Virus record (IMG/VR): IMGVR_UViG_3300028805_000070
Span: 1 to 64,000 of that record
Origin: a virus
Lineage: Duplodnaviria; Caudoviricetes
Direction: 5' to 3' (one strand)
Length of the DNA: 64,000 bases
Shown: one piece after another, positions 1 through 8,773 of the stretch
Position numbering within the stretch: position 1 is the stretch's first letter
Layout of the letters: the number at the start of each line of letters is the position of its first letter
Position numbers and translations under genes: made by a program
The notes under the pieces: model-generated
Databases searched by the model: none
What the model saw: the letters and a program-made list of their open reading frames with translations, nothing else
What the model was told of the DNA's origin: nothing

Positions 1-113
1 ACCAAATTTTAGAAAAAGTCAAGTATGTATACTGTATACAATCTGCGCCTTAAAAAAAAGAGCTCCGCTCGCGCGGGCTCTTTAACTTTTTATTACACCG
101 ATTTCAATTCCAA

Positions 114-602
114 TTACGCCTTGGTGTAATAAGACTTCTTGTCACCATCGCGGTGAGATTCAACAAGCACACCAGCAGCCACTAGGCGCTTCGCGGCGGA
201 GCCGACCTGCATCACTAGCACGTTGGAGGGAAGGCCACCCTTAACGGCGTTGTAGATGTCAGTAGCAGTGTACTCGGTGAAGGCGGGCATACCCACGATT
301 AGAGCATCAAGCGCATCGCGGCGAGCCTGAGCTTCGGGATTGGGGCCCTTGGGAGCAGCGGGCTTAGCAGCCTTCTCAGCAGCCTTCAACGCGGTCTCAG
401 CTTCCCAAGCCTTGTACTCGGCAACGGCAGCTTCCATATTGAAAGCCTTGTGGGTCTTAGTGTCCTTGGCAAGCGCGGCACCAATGGTAACCTTGGCGAC
501 GCCATCTTCACAAGGAATCACGATGAAATTGGACTTGTTAGCGCGCGCATTCTGAGCGCCATCGAAATTAGCAACTAGGTTTTTGAGTTCATTAATAGTC
601 AT
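114..602 (-). CDS. Hypothetical protein with C-terminal winged-helix-like domain (162 aa)
   Basis: AAAGGAG RBS before ATG 602. C-terminus (YTATDIYNAV...VGSAAKRLVAAGVL...KKSYY) has a wHTH pattern. Terminator hairpin at ~52-83. Confidence 0.7.
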   Translation of the reverse strand: MTINELKNLVANFDGAQNARANKSNFIVIPCEDGVAKVTIGAALAKDTKTHKAFNMEAAVAEYKAWEAETALKAAEKAAKPAAPKGPNPEAQARRDALDALIVGMPAFTEYTATDIYNAVKGGLPSNVLVMQVGSAAKRLVAAGVLVESHRDGDKKSYYTKA

Positions 603-711
603 TTTTACTCCTTTTCTCCGTGGTTTAGTGTACGGCAGTCCACCCTGCACAAATTATTTTTTTTCTTGTCCTCTTGGAACATCTTTATTATACCAGATTT
701 TTAAGAAGAAG

Positions 712-888
712 TCAAGTGTTGGGCTCTAAAAAAGTTGGCATCCAATAGAAAATTTTTTCACGGTTTTCGTGTTCCAGCTGTAAACAAAGTTCCTCTGCGC
801 GGGTAAGTGACTGAACTACGCATTCAATTCCGCGTTCCTCGCTGTCATTTTCCAGCTCCCAGACAATTACGTAACAGCGCTCTTCCAT
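712..888 (-). CDS. Small hypothetical protein (58 aa, MEERCYVIVWELEND...)
   Basis: Not in the ORF track. GGAGG RBS, ATG 888, TGA 712-714, own TTGACT promoter at 933-938. Confidence 0.7.
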   Translation of the reverse strand: MEERCYVIVWELENDSEERGIECVVQSLTRAEELCLQLEHENREKIFYWMPTFLEPNT

Positions 889-1376
889 TCTCTTCCCTCC
901 TTACACTAATATTATACACAAAATTTTAGAAAAAGTCAAATGTTAGATTGCGCGAAAACGGAGCCTCGCATTTTCACGCCGACGAATTTCCAGCTTGCGG
1001 CGGCTTGTGATATAAAGTTGCGTCGGGTTCCAGCTCCCAGCTTTCCAGCTCGTGGCGGGCCAGCTTTCCGTAGTTGCCAGCTTGTGGAGGCCCCACTCGC
1101 TATCCAGCTTCCAGCTTGTCAGCGTTCCAGCTTTTCTGCGAGGCGATGACGGAGCTTCCAGCGCGAGCTTATGGGAGAAGGGGAGGCGGGCGCGAAGGGC
1201 GAATGATTTGGGGTGGGATGGGTCGAAATGTTCGGAAGCACACGAACGTTTGGGTTGTCAAGAGGGAAATTTAGATGTGATACATCTAATTATTGATGTT
1301 GACTTTTCCTATATTCGTGTTATAATATAGCCAAGAAGTGAAGGAAAACACTGAGAAACCAGAAAGGACTTAGAAA

Positions 1377-1862
1377 ATGACGAAGTATTTGATTGTAAAG
1401 TGCGAAGAACTTGGTGACCAGTATGAATGTGACTGTGCCCGCGAACCTATGTTTCTGGTAGACGATTGGGAAGACTGGTTTAATAAGAACCATCCGACTT
1501 ATCAGTTTGAAGTATATAAGTTCGTAGATGGTGAAGAAGCGGAACTGGTAAAGCAGTACGACGATTATATGGATAAAGGAATGGCGCTGTATTATTGGGA
1601 TAATGATGAAGAAAGCCACGAAGAAGTGGCGCCTACCGTGATTGCACGCTATAAGGATTATGACCGTCATAGTCTTGTGCCGAAGGAGGTCTGGAAGGTT
1701 TTCCGGCAGGGCGCGTATTGGGCAGATGGTGATAAGTTTACTGAAAAAGAATTTAAGGCTGATTTGAAAAGTAGCGGTTATGTTTGCTGGTTGGACAAAG
1801 CGCAGGAAAAATTTTGGGTCTACGGATACTATAAGGACGGATGCTATTGTCTGGGGTATTAA
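1377..1862 (+). CDS. Hypothetical protein (inverted cassette)
   Basis: Palindrome 1271, TTGACT 1299, TG-n-TATAAT 1321, AGAAAGGA RBS, terminator hairpin 1864-1885. Confidence 0.85.
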   Translation: MTKYLIVKCEELGDQYECDCAREPMFLVDDWEDWFNKNHPTYQFEVYKFVDGEEAELVKQYDDYMDKGMALYYWDNDEESHEEVAPTVIARYKDYDRHSLVPKEVWKVFRQGAYWADGDKFTEKEFKADLKSSGYVCWLDKAQEKFWVYGYYKDGCYCLGY

Positions 1863-1985
1863 AAAAGAGGGCTATGCCCTCTTTTCCTTTGTTTTAGAGT
1901 TAGATGTATTACATCTAATACCGAGACTTGACTTTCCCATAAAATCTGATATAATGTGTATGTACTCAGAAAGGAGATGGAAAGT

Positions 1986-2330
1986 ATGAAGAAGATTAAG
2001 TATGAAGATGCCGCCTACATCCGCCGTTATAAGAAGAATCATTGTTTTGAAAAGTATTTCTGCAACTGGTTTATTGAATTAGAGAATCCTAATAGCGGTA
2101 TTATGAAGCTATATATGAAGAGATGGATGTATATTTTACTGTTTATTCCTATACACTGCATTGTATTTGGATGCTGTTTATGGGATGGCGGCATTAAGGA
2201 TTTCAGAATCAATCCTCGTATGATGCGTTGTGATACTGTTGTTGGTTTAACGTGCGACAATGATGAATCTACTATGTTTGGACGCTTTAAGATGATATGG
2301 GAGAAATATAAAGATGAAAAAGATTCTTAA
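1986..2330 (+). CDS. Hypothetical protein with a short hydrophobic segment
   Basis: Palindrome 1900, TTGACT 1928, TATAAT 1950, GAAAGGAG RBS. Confidence 0.75.
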   Translation: MKKIKYEDAAYIRRYKKNHCFEKYFCNWFIELENPNSGIMKLYMKRWMYILLFIPIHCIVFGCCLWDGGIKDFRINPRMMRCDTVVGLTCDNDESTMFGRFKMIWEKYKDEKDS

Positions 2331-2598
2331 AAAGCGTATTGTACTTTATTGCCCGTGGACGAAAGAAACTATTATCGGCGCAGAAGAATATGACGGCGCT
2401 TTGGATGATGAAAATATCTATCTCTCCTTCCACGAAGTGGGCAAGACTGAATGGTGTCCTACGCATCCAGACTATGACGAACTGTGGTATCTTAAACTCT
2501 GCGGGAAGGTACATCTTCCTTATTATAAGGTGCTGATAGATGACTTCTATATCTACGTGCCAACATTTTGGGATAAAGTGAAAAATGCCTTGCGATGA
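2314..2598 (+). CDS. Hypothetical protein
   Basis: Overlaps the stop of the upstream gene (coupled); ends just before palindrome 2615. Confidence 0.7.
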   Translation: MKKILKKRIVLYCPWTKETIIGAEEYDGALDDENIYLSFHEVGKTEWCPTHPDYDELWYLKLCGKVHLPYYKVLIDDFYIYVPTFWDKVKNALR

Positions 2599-2648
2599 GC
2601 AAGACATTTTGTTTTTAGATGTAATACATCTAATTATTAAAAGGGGCA

Positions 2649-2906
2649 TTAACCCCGATAGAGTAGCATCAGAAAATAGACATTAAGCGCCACGCTGGAC
2701 AGGTGCATCAGAACATCATTAATGTGCCGATGCTGGGAGAAGTCTTTGCATACGCCGAAAAGCGCAATGGCAAGGCCGAACCACGATACTTGAAGGCCGA
2801 AAAGCATAATGAGAATTACATTCAAGATGGTAATGCCGCACCGAAGGTCATTCCACTCAAAGCGGTAAGAGGTTTCAATTCCGAACCAGTTTTTAATTGT
2901 CTGCAT
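2649..2906 (-). CDS. Small membrane protein
   Basis: Three hydrophobic stretches; GGAGG RBS. Confidence 0.75.
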   Translation of the reverse strand: MQTIKNWFGIETSYRFEWNDLRCGITILNVILIMLFGLQVSWFGLAIALFGVCKDFSQHRHINDVLMHLSSVALNVYFLMLLYRG

Positions 2907-2907
2907 T

Positions 2908-3141
2908 TTAATCCTCCCATTTGTTCAATTCATATTCTTCAATATGATATTCTGTATAGTCATAATCATCATTACCTTCATAAACAATTTGCGCTTGACT
3001 GTCATCATTCAAAATAACGGGCAAATCAGTACGGAAATTATTATGGTGAATTACTTCACTGATGGCAAGATTCATCGTGGAAAACAATCCACAAGGCCCC
3101 ATTACTTCACCGCTAATACATTCAACAGAGTAGATTTTCAT
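2908..3141 (-). CDS. Hypothetical protein
   Basis: First gene after the palindrome-3217 promoter (TTGACT 3202-3207). Confidence 0.75.
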   Translation of the reverse strand: MKIYSVECISGEVMGPCGLFSTMNLAISEVIHHNNFRTDLPVILNDDSQAQIVYEGNDDYDYTEYHIEEYELNKWED

Positions 3142-3287
3142 TTTCAATCCATCCTTCCCGTTCCTCTTGGAACAATCTTATTATATCAGAATTATAGGAA
3201 AAGTCAACATCATACTTTAGATGTAGTACATCTAATAATTATAAAAATAAAAACGCTCCCTCAGAGGGAGTGTTTTCTTATACTTAG

Positions 3288-3503
3288 TTATTCGGCATCT
3301 TCAATTTCTCTTTCTGTGCGGCGATAATCAGTATAGCCATTTATATAAAAGTCTTTATATACTCTGATAGTATATAGAATCCACTCTTTGGATTCAGAAA
3401 CAACTTCTGTTTCTTCAAGAGGGTCGATTTCCATTTTTACAATATATCCTATTATGGGTATGTCTACTCCACAGAGCTGAACTTTTTGTCCAATCTTATA
3501 CAT
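3288..3503 (-). CDS. Hypothetical protein
   Basis: GTG start overlapping the upstream stop; terminator 3250-3276. Confidence 0.7.
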   Translation of the reverse strand: MYKIGQKVQLCGVDIPIIGYIVKMEIDPLEETEVVSESKEWILYTIRVYKDFYINGYTDYRRTEREIEDAE

Positions 3504-3732
3504 TTTCTTCCTTCTCCTTCTGCATTAATATATTAAGCATATTGACAACCTGATAAGGGTTAATGGTAAAAACGCTTTCGGTTAAGGGGTATTCCTGTGC
3601 AACTTCCAAATTATCAAGCAAGAGCGCAGAAATACCGCCAGGATAATTTTTTGCGTCTTTAATTAATTCTTTTTGCCGTTTCTCGCTGAAATCAAATTCA
3701 AATGTGCCGTGAATGTTGAATTCAAGTTTCAT
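3496..3732 (-). CDS. Hypothetical protein
   Basis: GAAAGGA RBS; promoter under palindrome 3807. Confidence 0.75.
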   Translation of the reverse strand: MKLEFNIHGTFEFDFSEKRQKELIKDAKNYPGGISALLLDNLEVAQEYPLTESVFTINPYQVVNMLNILMQKEKEENV

Positions 3733-3861
3733 TCTCAATCCATCCTTTCCGTTCCCTTGGAACAATTGTATTATATCACATTCTGGGAGAAATGCAAGTC
3801 TTTATTTTAGATGTAATACATCTAATAACTGAAAACAAAATAAGGTTGGCTCGCGCCAACC

Positions 3862-4059
3862 TTACAGTACATCATAGAAAGCAAGAATCTTTTCAATTTT
3901 CGGCACATCCTGTGTGCGGCAAGTCACGACGAAACGAATAGTATCTGATTGCCGATTTACCTTAAAGTCTCCGACACTGCATCCGACACGTTCAATTACA
4001 ATGTTCATAATCTGGCGGCCAATCTGGTTGTACGGAAGATAATAGATACGAGTAGTCAT
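3862..4059 (-). CDS. Small hypothetical protein (65 aa)
   Basis: AAAGGAG RBS; promoter under palindrome 4131. Confidence 0.7.
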   Translation of the reverse strand: MTTRIYYLPYNQIGRQIMNIVIERVGCSVGDFKVNRQSDTIRFVVTCRTQDVPKIEKILAFYDVL

Positions 4060-4183
4060 TTTCATCGCTCCTTTCATCCCTTGGGACGGTCTTATTATAT
4101 CATATCTTGGATAAAAAGCAATAGGTACTATTAGATGTATTACATCTAATTTTATTTGAGGAAAAATACCGCCCGAAGGCGGT

Positions 4184-4268
4184 TGGTGGATATGATGGGA
4201 GTTGCACCCACTTAGCACCTAGTGCCACCCGTACATGGGCTGACAATTACCTGATCGTCCTCATACCC
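4184..4268 (-). tRNA. tRNA-like element (class II, Tyr-GTA-like) with non-canonical anticodon arm
   Basis: Acceptor GGGTATG/CATATCC plus A-CCA end; T arm GTGGG-TGCAACT-CCCAT; variable arm GGCAC-TAG-GTGCT; D arm GACGAT/ATTGTC. Anticodon arm is only GCCC-ATGTAC-GGGT. Terminator 4168-4183. Confidence 0.7.
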
Positions 4269-4282
4269 ATAAAGGGGAGGGC

Positions 4283-4609
4283 TTACGCCCTCCGATAGGT
4301 ATTCGGCTTGCCTTCAATCTTCACAATCTCATCCTGCCACAGATGGGTCAGGGCGTACTGTACCTTACCCTTGGTGATGCCCGAAGGCACATCCTTCTCA
4401 ATGGCTTCCCACAGTTCGCCGCAAGTCACGGGAGTATCGGACAGGGTATCCACAATCAGGGAATGAATGGACTCATACGCTTCGGCGTTCTTCGCCTTGG
4501 CATCTTCACCCTTGTTAATCTCGGCATTCAGAGCATCCATAACTTCCTTGTTGTCATATCCGAAGTTGGTCAGAGCGTCTTTGATGGTCAGGTAGATGGA
4601 TTTCTTCAT
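4283..4609 (-). CDS. Coiled-coil + winged-helix DNA-binding protein, paralog 1
   Basis: Shares AE(I/L)N(K/R)G..KA..N...Y, PVT..E, K.KVQYAL..W...V.K.EGK.N.Y motifs with 8035-8361 and 10572-10904. Confidence 0.75.
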   Translation of the reverse strand: MKKSIYLTIKDALTNFGYDNKEVMDALNAEINKGEDAKAKNAEAYESIHSLIVDTLSDTPVTCGELWEAIEKDVPSGITKGKVQYALTHLWQDEIVKIEGKPNTYRRA

Positions 4610-4699
4610 TTTCAAATTCCTTTCTGGTTTGTAGGGTGTCCTTCCCTTTGTTCGTATTTAGTATATCACAGTTTTGCAACCTTGTCAAGAGTTTTTCAA

Positions 4700-4803
4700 A
4701 AAATTTTTTTTGTTCTTCGGGAGCGTGTTTCGTGTGCGTCCACACAGGGTTGTGCGCCCATCCCATTAAGGCTCGCCTTGGTTTCTCTTGCTTCCCTCGG
4801 AAC
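4700..4803 (-). ncRNA. Putative short non-coding RNA cassette
   Basis: Full promoter under palindrome 4847 but no credible ORF; hairpins AAGGC-GA-GCCTT and GTGTG-GACG-CACAC. Confidence 0.45.
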
Positions 4804-4885
4804 AATTATAGTATACCACAAATTTGGGAAAATGCAAGTATTAGAGTTAGATGTAATACATCTAACGCACTAAAATAAAACTGGC

Positions 4886-5401
4886 TTAATAGCCAGTAAA
4901 GATATTGAAAGCATAGTCAATCATAACGATATGTCCATTTTTCCAACCATAGTTCAGGCAATGCCTATCACCGATATTGTCACAAAGCCATTGCTCTTCT
5001 GATTTATTAGTGATATAAGCTTCGGCATCTCCCGCGCCATCTCTAATATGGCTAATCTTAGGCATAATATAGAAGGTGCGGTTGTAGTTTCTTCTATACG
5101 GAGTAATTTTTGCTAACAGGTGCGCATAGCCCTGTTTCTGCGCATAGCGGTACATTTTGACTTCATCAGCACAGCCGCCGAACCGCCCTTCACCCCAACC
5201 GTGGTAATTGATTTTAATCACATAGTCGGAAGTAATAAAGGCAATGCGAGTAGAACCAGACGCCATCTTAACGTTACGATGGTGGTCAGCATTGAAAAGG
5301 GCTACGGCGTTCGTAAACTGATAAAGCGTTTTGCACTCTTTAATGTAGGGATTAATCTGGGCGATAAACTTCTTAGCACGCTCTTCATAACTCGTCATCA
5401 T
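4886..5401 (-). CDS. Protein-kinase-like fold protein (APH/Ser-Thr kinase-like)
   Basis: ASGSTRIAF (P-loop-like), YVIKI (Lys), catalytic D-R-H-x-x-N, and IDYA (DFG-like). Confidence 0.7.
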   Translation of the reverse strand: MMTSYEERAKKFIAQINPYIKECKTLYQFTNAVALFNADHHRNVKMASGSTRIAFITSDYVIKINYHGWGEGRFGGCADEVKMYRYAQKQGYAHLLAKITPYRRNYNRTFYIMPKISHIRDGAGDAEAYITNKSEEQWLCDNIGDRHCLNYGWKNGHIVMIDYAFNIFTGY

Positions 5402-5507
5402 CTTTCATACCTCCTTCTGACAATATGGATTATATCATAATACAATAAAGAGGTCAAGTATGATTATTAGATGTATTACATCTAATTCCGGGAACGAGGA
5501 AAGTACC

Positions 5508-6497
5508 TCATTCGCCGAGGTACTTCATCAGTCTGTCTATGATATTTTCAAGCCGCTTAGTATAGACAGATTCGTCTTTAGTAGCAAGATAATTTTCAAT
5601 TGCGCTGATTACGACTTTCACTTCTTCCTCATCCGGGCGCTTTCTCCGCATCACAAACTCATCAGTAGTGCCGAGTTCACGGAAGGGGAAGAACATAATC
5701 CCCACGGTGATAGCGCTTTTCTTTGCAATCTTGCTGAGGATATAAGTTTCAATCTTGGCGTCATCCAGAGCAGTATGCGCTTCATCAAATCCATAATCAT
5801 CTTTGAGATAGCGATAACTCGCTTCGGCACTGGTTTTGAAAAAAGTCCCACTTGCGGTCAGCATTTCATTTTTCAGGCAGTTCTTCTTGTAGGTGGCATT
5901 ATTCAGGAGATGCTTTGTTGCCAGACCCCACAGGTCAAACAGCGGGAAATCCTCATCACGGAAACGAAAATTGTCCGCATCGAAAGTTTTTTCTTCATCC
6001 TTCTGATAACGTTCGTTAGCAATCTTATAACAAAGCTTGCGCTGTACTTCTTCCCACTTGTAATAATCGGGAGAATACAGTTTCTTGATATACAGGTCAG
6101 TGAAAGGAATCGCCTTCTTAAAATCAAACATAGAATTATAAGCGCCCACGGAGTCAACCTTGTGGAGGTCGGCCAGAAGGATTTCCGCAACTTCGTTCCA
6201 AGGCTTAACAACAGTTTCACCCTTTTTAAGCATATCCAGATAGAGAGGACGCTTTTCTGCATAATAAGCGGTGTTAAACACGGCAGGGACGGAGAAAGTT
6301 TCTGCAATCAGAAATTGCTTACTGTCCAGAATCTCACCCTTGCGGTTGGTAATAGTCCAACCAATATCATAAATCAGAGGACGGGCAATAGCAATCTTTT
6401 TCTTCTTTTCCGCATCGCCGTCAGCGATTTCATTGGCAAAGGGCAGAGTAGCAGTTTCACAATCCAGAACCATATGCCGATTTTCCTTACGACCCAT
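5508..6497 (-). CDS. DEDDh 3'-5' exonuclease (DnaQ/RNase T-like), paralog 1
   Basis: ExoI VLDCET, ExoII AYNSMFD, ExoIII EAHTALDD. Confidence 0.85.
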   Translation of the reverse strand: MGRKENRHMVLDCETATLPFANEIADGDAEKKKKIAIARPLIYDIGWTITNRKGEILDSKQFLIAETFSVPAVFNTAYYAEKRPLYLDMLKKGETVVKPWNEVAEILLADLHKVDSVGAYNSMFDFKKAIPFTDLYIKKLYSPDYYKWEEVQRKLCYKIANERYQKDEEKTFDADNFRFRDEDFPLFDLWGLATKHLLNNATYKKNCLKNEMLTASGTFFKTSAEASYRYLKDDYGFDEAHTALDDAKIETYILSKIAKKSAITVGIMFFPFRELGTTDEFVMRRKRPDEEEVKVVISAIENYLATKDESVYTKRLENIIDRLMKYLGE

Positions 6498-6647
6498 TTT
6501 TGCTCCTTTCCTGCGTGGGTTTCATTACGGCGGTTTTCCTTCCGCTAATTCTTGCGTCCCTCTCGGAACAATGATAGTATATCACATTATAGGAAAAATG
6601 CAAGAGGGATAATTAGATGTATTACATCTAAGTATTAAAAAAGGAAG

Positions 6648-6839
6648 TTAGCTTTCGCTAACTTCCTCGATACTCACATTAATCAGTTTATATTCCTTAG
6701 TCATATCAAACACGCATCCGCACTTATCGCAAGTGCAAGTCCACCACTGTTCACCGCCGTACATATCGAAACCATCGCCATAGTCATTGATTTCATAGTC
6801 TTCGCAACCACACTTGGGACAGGCTTCAATATACTTCAT
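6648..6839 (-). CDS. Small zinc-ribbon protein
   Basis: CPKC...CDKC; start overlaps the upstream stop. Confidence 0.7.
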   Translation of the reverse strand: MKYIEACPKCGCEDYEINDYGDGFDMYGGEQWWTCTCDKCGCVFDMTKEYKLINVSIEEVSES

Positions 6840-7164
6840 TTTCTTTCTTCTCCTTTTCTCTACGTTCCTTATCTTTCTTGGCCTTCTCGGCGCGAGCCTT
6901 AGCGGTTTCTTCCTTCTTTGCCTGCTTGGCGTTATATTCATCAATTTCCTTCTGCATCAGTTCTTCGGCGGTCATATCCTCGCGCTCTTCGGCGACAATC
7001 GCGCCGATACGCACATACCGCTGGACACCATTCAAGTCAGTGATAAGGACACCATACTGACGATCATTAACCTTAATAAAGTTCTGAATCTCATTGGTAA
7101 AAATAGCTTCAAACACGGCTTCACGCAACTGCTTGTCAACTACATTCTTAGAAATCTTAGCCAT
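6826..7164 (-). CDS. Hypothetical protein with Lys/Ala/Glu-rich helical tail
   Basis: Similar layout to 7493-7900. Confidence 0.75.
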   Translation of the reverse strand: MAKISKNVVDKQLREAVFEAIFTNEIQNFIKVNDRQYGVLITDLNGVQRYVRIGAIVAEEREDMTAEELMQKEIDEYNAKQAKKEETAKARAEKAKKDKERREKEKKENEVY

Positions 7165-7170
7165 TTTCTA

Positions 7171-7371
7171 TCACATCCTTTCTCTATCCTGCCGTTTGTT
7201 TGCTTCTTCTGCAAGAGCGGAAAAGATTCTATTCATAAGTTTCGGAGTCAGGTCAGAGTAACTAAGACTGACTTCCTCACAGGACGAATAATGTTCAAAG
7301 TCTCCTTCTACAATCTCATCATACAAATTTGAGATGTTCAGTGTCTTAGTGATTTCAATGTCAATCTTCAT
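7171..7371 (-). CDS. Hypothetical protein
   Basis: AAACCAGAAAGGA leader; promoter under palindrome 7459. Confidence 0.7.
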   Translation of the reverse strand: MKIDIEITKTLNISNLYDEIVEGDFEHYSSCEEVSLSYSDLTPKLMNRIFSALAEEANKRQDRERM

Positions 7372-7492
7372 TTTCAATTCCTTTCTGGTTTTCTGGTGTT
7401 TTCCTTCACCTTTCGTGGATAGTATAGCACGGATTTCGGGAGTAGTCAAGTCAGATAATTAGATGTATTACATCTAATTTCCTAAAATGATA

Positions 7493-7900
7493 TTACTCCC
7501 CTTTGGGAGTAATATCAATTTTACGGAGTTCTTTCAAGCCCTTGTTAGCTTCGGCAAGTGCCTTCTTTTCCTCTCGGGCCTTCTGGTCTTTGGCAATCTT
7601 GGCCTGCTTCTTCGCATCGGCGGCGGCCTTCTTTTCGGCCTTGTCTGCCTGCTCCATCTGGTAGTCCTCAGCGGCGGCATAGCCATCATAGGGGTCATAG
7701 CCATTCCCGTTGCGAGTACCACGGGGAACGCTGACTTTCACAACCACCCACGTTTCGTTACCTTCGGCATTCAGGCAGGGGATAGCAATCTCGCTTGTGC
7801 TCACACGGAGCACATCGGCGTCACGCTCGTCCTCGATTGCCTTGCTTACCAGTTCCAGAAATTCGTTACGGAGAAGAGTTTCCAACTGCGACTTATTCAT
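7493..7900 (-). CDS. Hypothetical protein with Lys/Ala-rich helical tail
   Basis: GAAAGGAG RBS; TTGACT 7953-7958. Confidence 0.8.
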   Translation of the reverse strand: MNKSQLETLLRNEFLELVSKAIEDERDADVLRVSTSEIAIPCLNAEGNETWVVVKVSVPRGTRNGNGYDPYDGYAAAEDYQMEQADKAEKKAAADAKKQAKIAKDQKAREEKKALAEANKGLKELRKIDITPKGE

Positions 7901-8034
7901 CCAACATCACTCCTTTCTGATTACATAGTAATTATAACATAATTTTGAAAAAAGTCAAGTATTTTTTTTATTGGATTCTGTATACAATTTAGATGTAATA
8001 CATCTAATTCTCCAACGAAAAAAAAGAGGGACGC

Positions 8035-8361
8035 TTACGCGTCCTTCTTGGCAGAGTAGGTATTGACCTTGCCCTCGGTCTTCGTGACCTCTTCGGCCCA
8101 GTAGTTCCGGAGGCCGTAGACAATCTTGCCCTTGGCATAGCCAGTCTCTTCGGCCAGTTCCTGAGCAGTCACCGGGACAGTGGCAGAGCGCAGGACTTCC
8201 ATCACCGCATCGTGGATTTCCTCATACAGGGCGCGATTGGCATCGGCCTTCTCCTTGCCCTTGTTGAGTTCGGCTTCCAGTTCGGCCTTGATTTCGTCCA
8301 GATTGGTAACAGTCTCACCGTTCAGATGGGCAACCAGAGCTTCGATAGTGTTCTTCTTCAT
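8035..8361 (-). CDS. Coiled-coil + winged-helix protein, paralog 2
   Basis: Same motifs as 4283-4609; own TTGACA promoter near 8437 without a palindrome. Confidence 0.75.
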   Translation of the reverse strand: MKKNTIEALVAHLNGETVTNLDEIKAELEAELNKGKEKADANRALYEEIHDAVMEVLRSATVPVTAQELAEETGYAKGKIVYGLRNYWAEEVTKTEGKVNTYSAKKDA

Positions 8362-8454
8362 AATTAAATCCCTTTCTGGTTTGTGGGGTTTTCCTTCCCC
8401 TCTTTTCATATTCATTATAGCACTTTGTGCTTATAATGTCAAGTGTTTTTTGAA

Positions 8455-8583
8455 ATTTTCCAAGGTTAAAGTTTCGTTCATTGGCGAGAGGACTTCAACC
8501 CTGAGATTCGCTCCTTTGTACGATTTACGGCCGTTTACGTACTCGGCATTGCCTTGGAGTAGGAATCCCTTGTCCCTTGGAAC
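8455..8583 (-). ncRNA. Putative structured short RNA
   Basis: A-tract TTGACA promoter near 8613, GTTCC leader, closing stem CCAAGG/CCTTGG, inner stems GTACG/CGTAC and GCGA/TCGC; no ORF with RBS. Confidence 0.45.
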
Positions 8584-8773
8584 ATCCTTATTATAGCACA
8601 GGATTTGGTGCTTGTCAAGGGGTTTCTGAAACTTTTTTTTGTTTCTCGTTCGAGTCCGCTCTCGCTCGCCCTTCCCCTTGGAACGATTATAGTATAGCAT
8701 AACTTTGATAGGAATGCAAGTGTTTTTTGCGCGAGAAATTAGATGTAATACATCTAATAAGAAAAAACCGGGA

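Noticed and set aside
26-40. Second palindrome TGTATAC-T-GTATACA (degenerate copy at 7972-7986)
   Set aside because: Only two copies with different spacing to the -35 box; too little to call an operator from this window.
735-745. TTGGCATCCAA as an internally deleted palindrome copy
   Set aside because: It lies inside the small ORF 712-888 (codons for W-M-P); could be chance, so not counted.
4700-8583. Hammerhead ribozyme in the short RNA units (CGAAAC motifs)
   Set aside because: The CUGANGA core is absent in both units.
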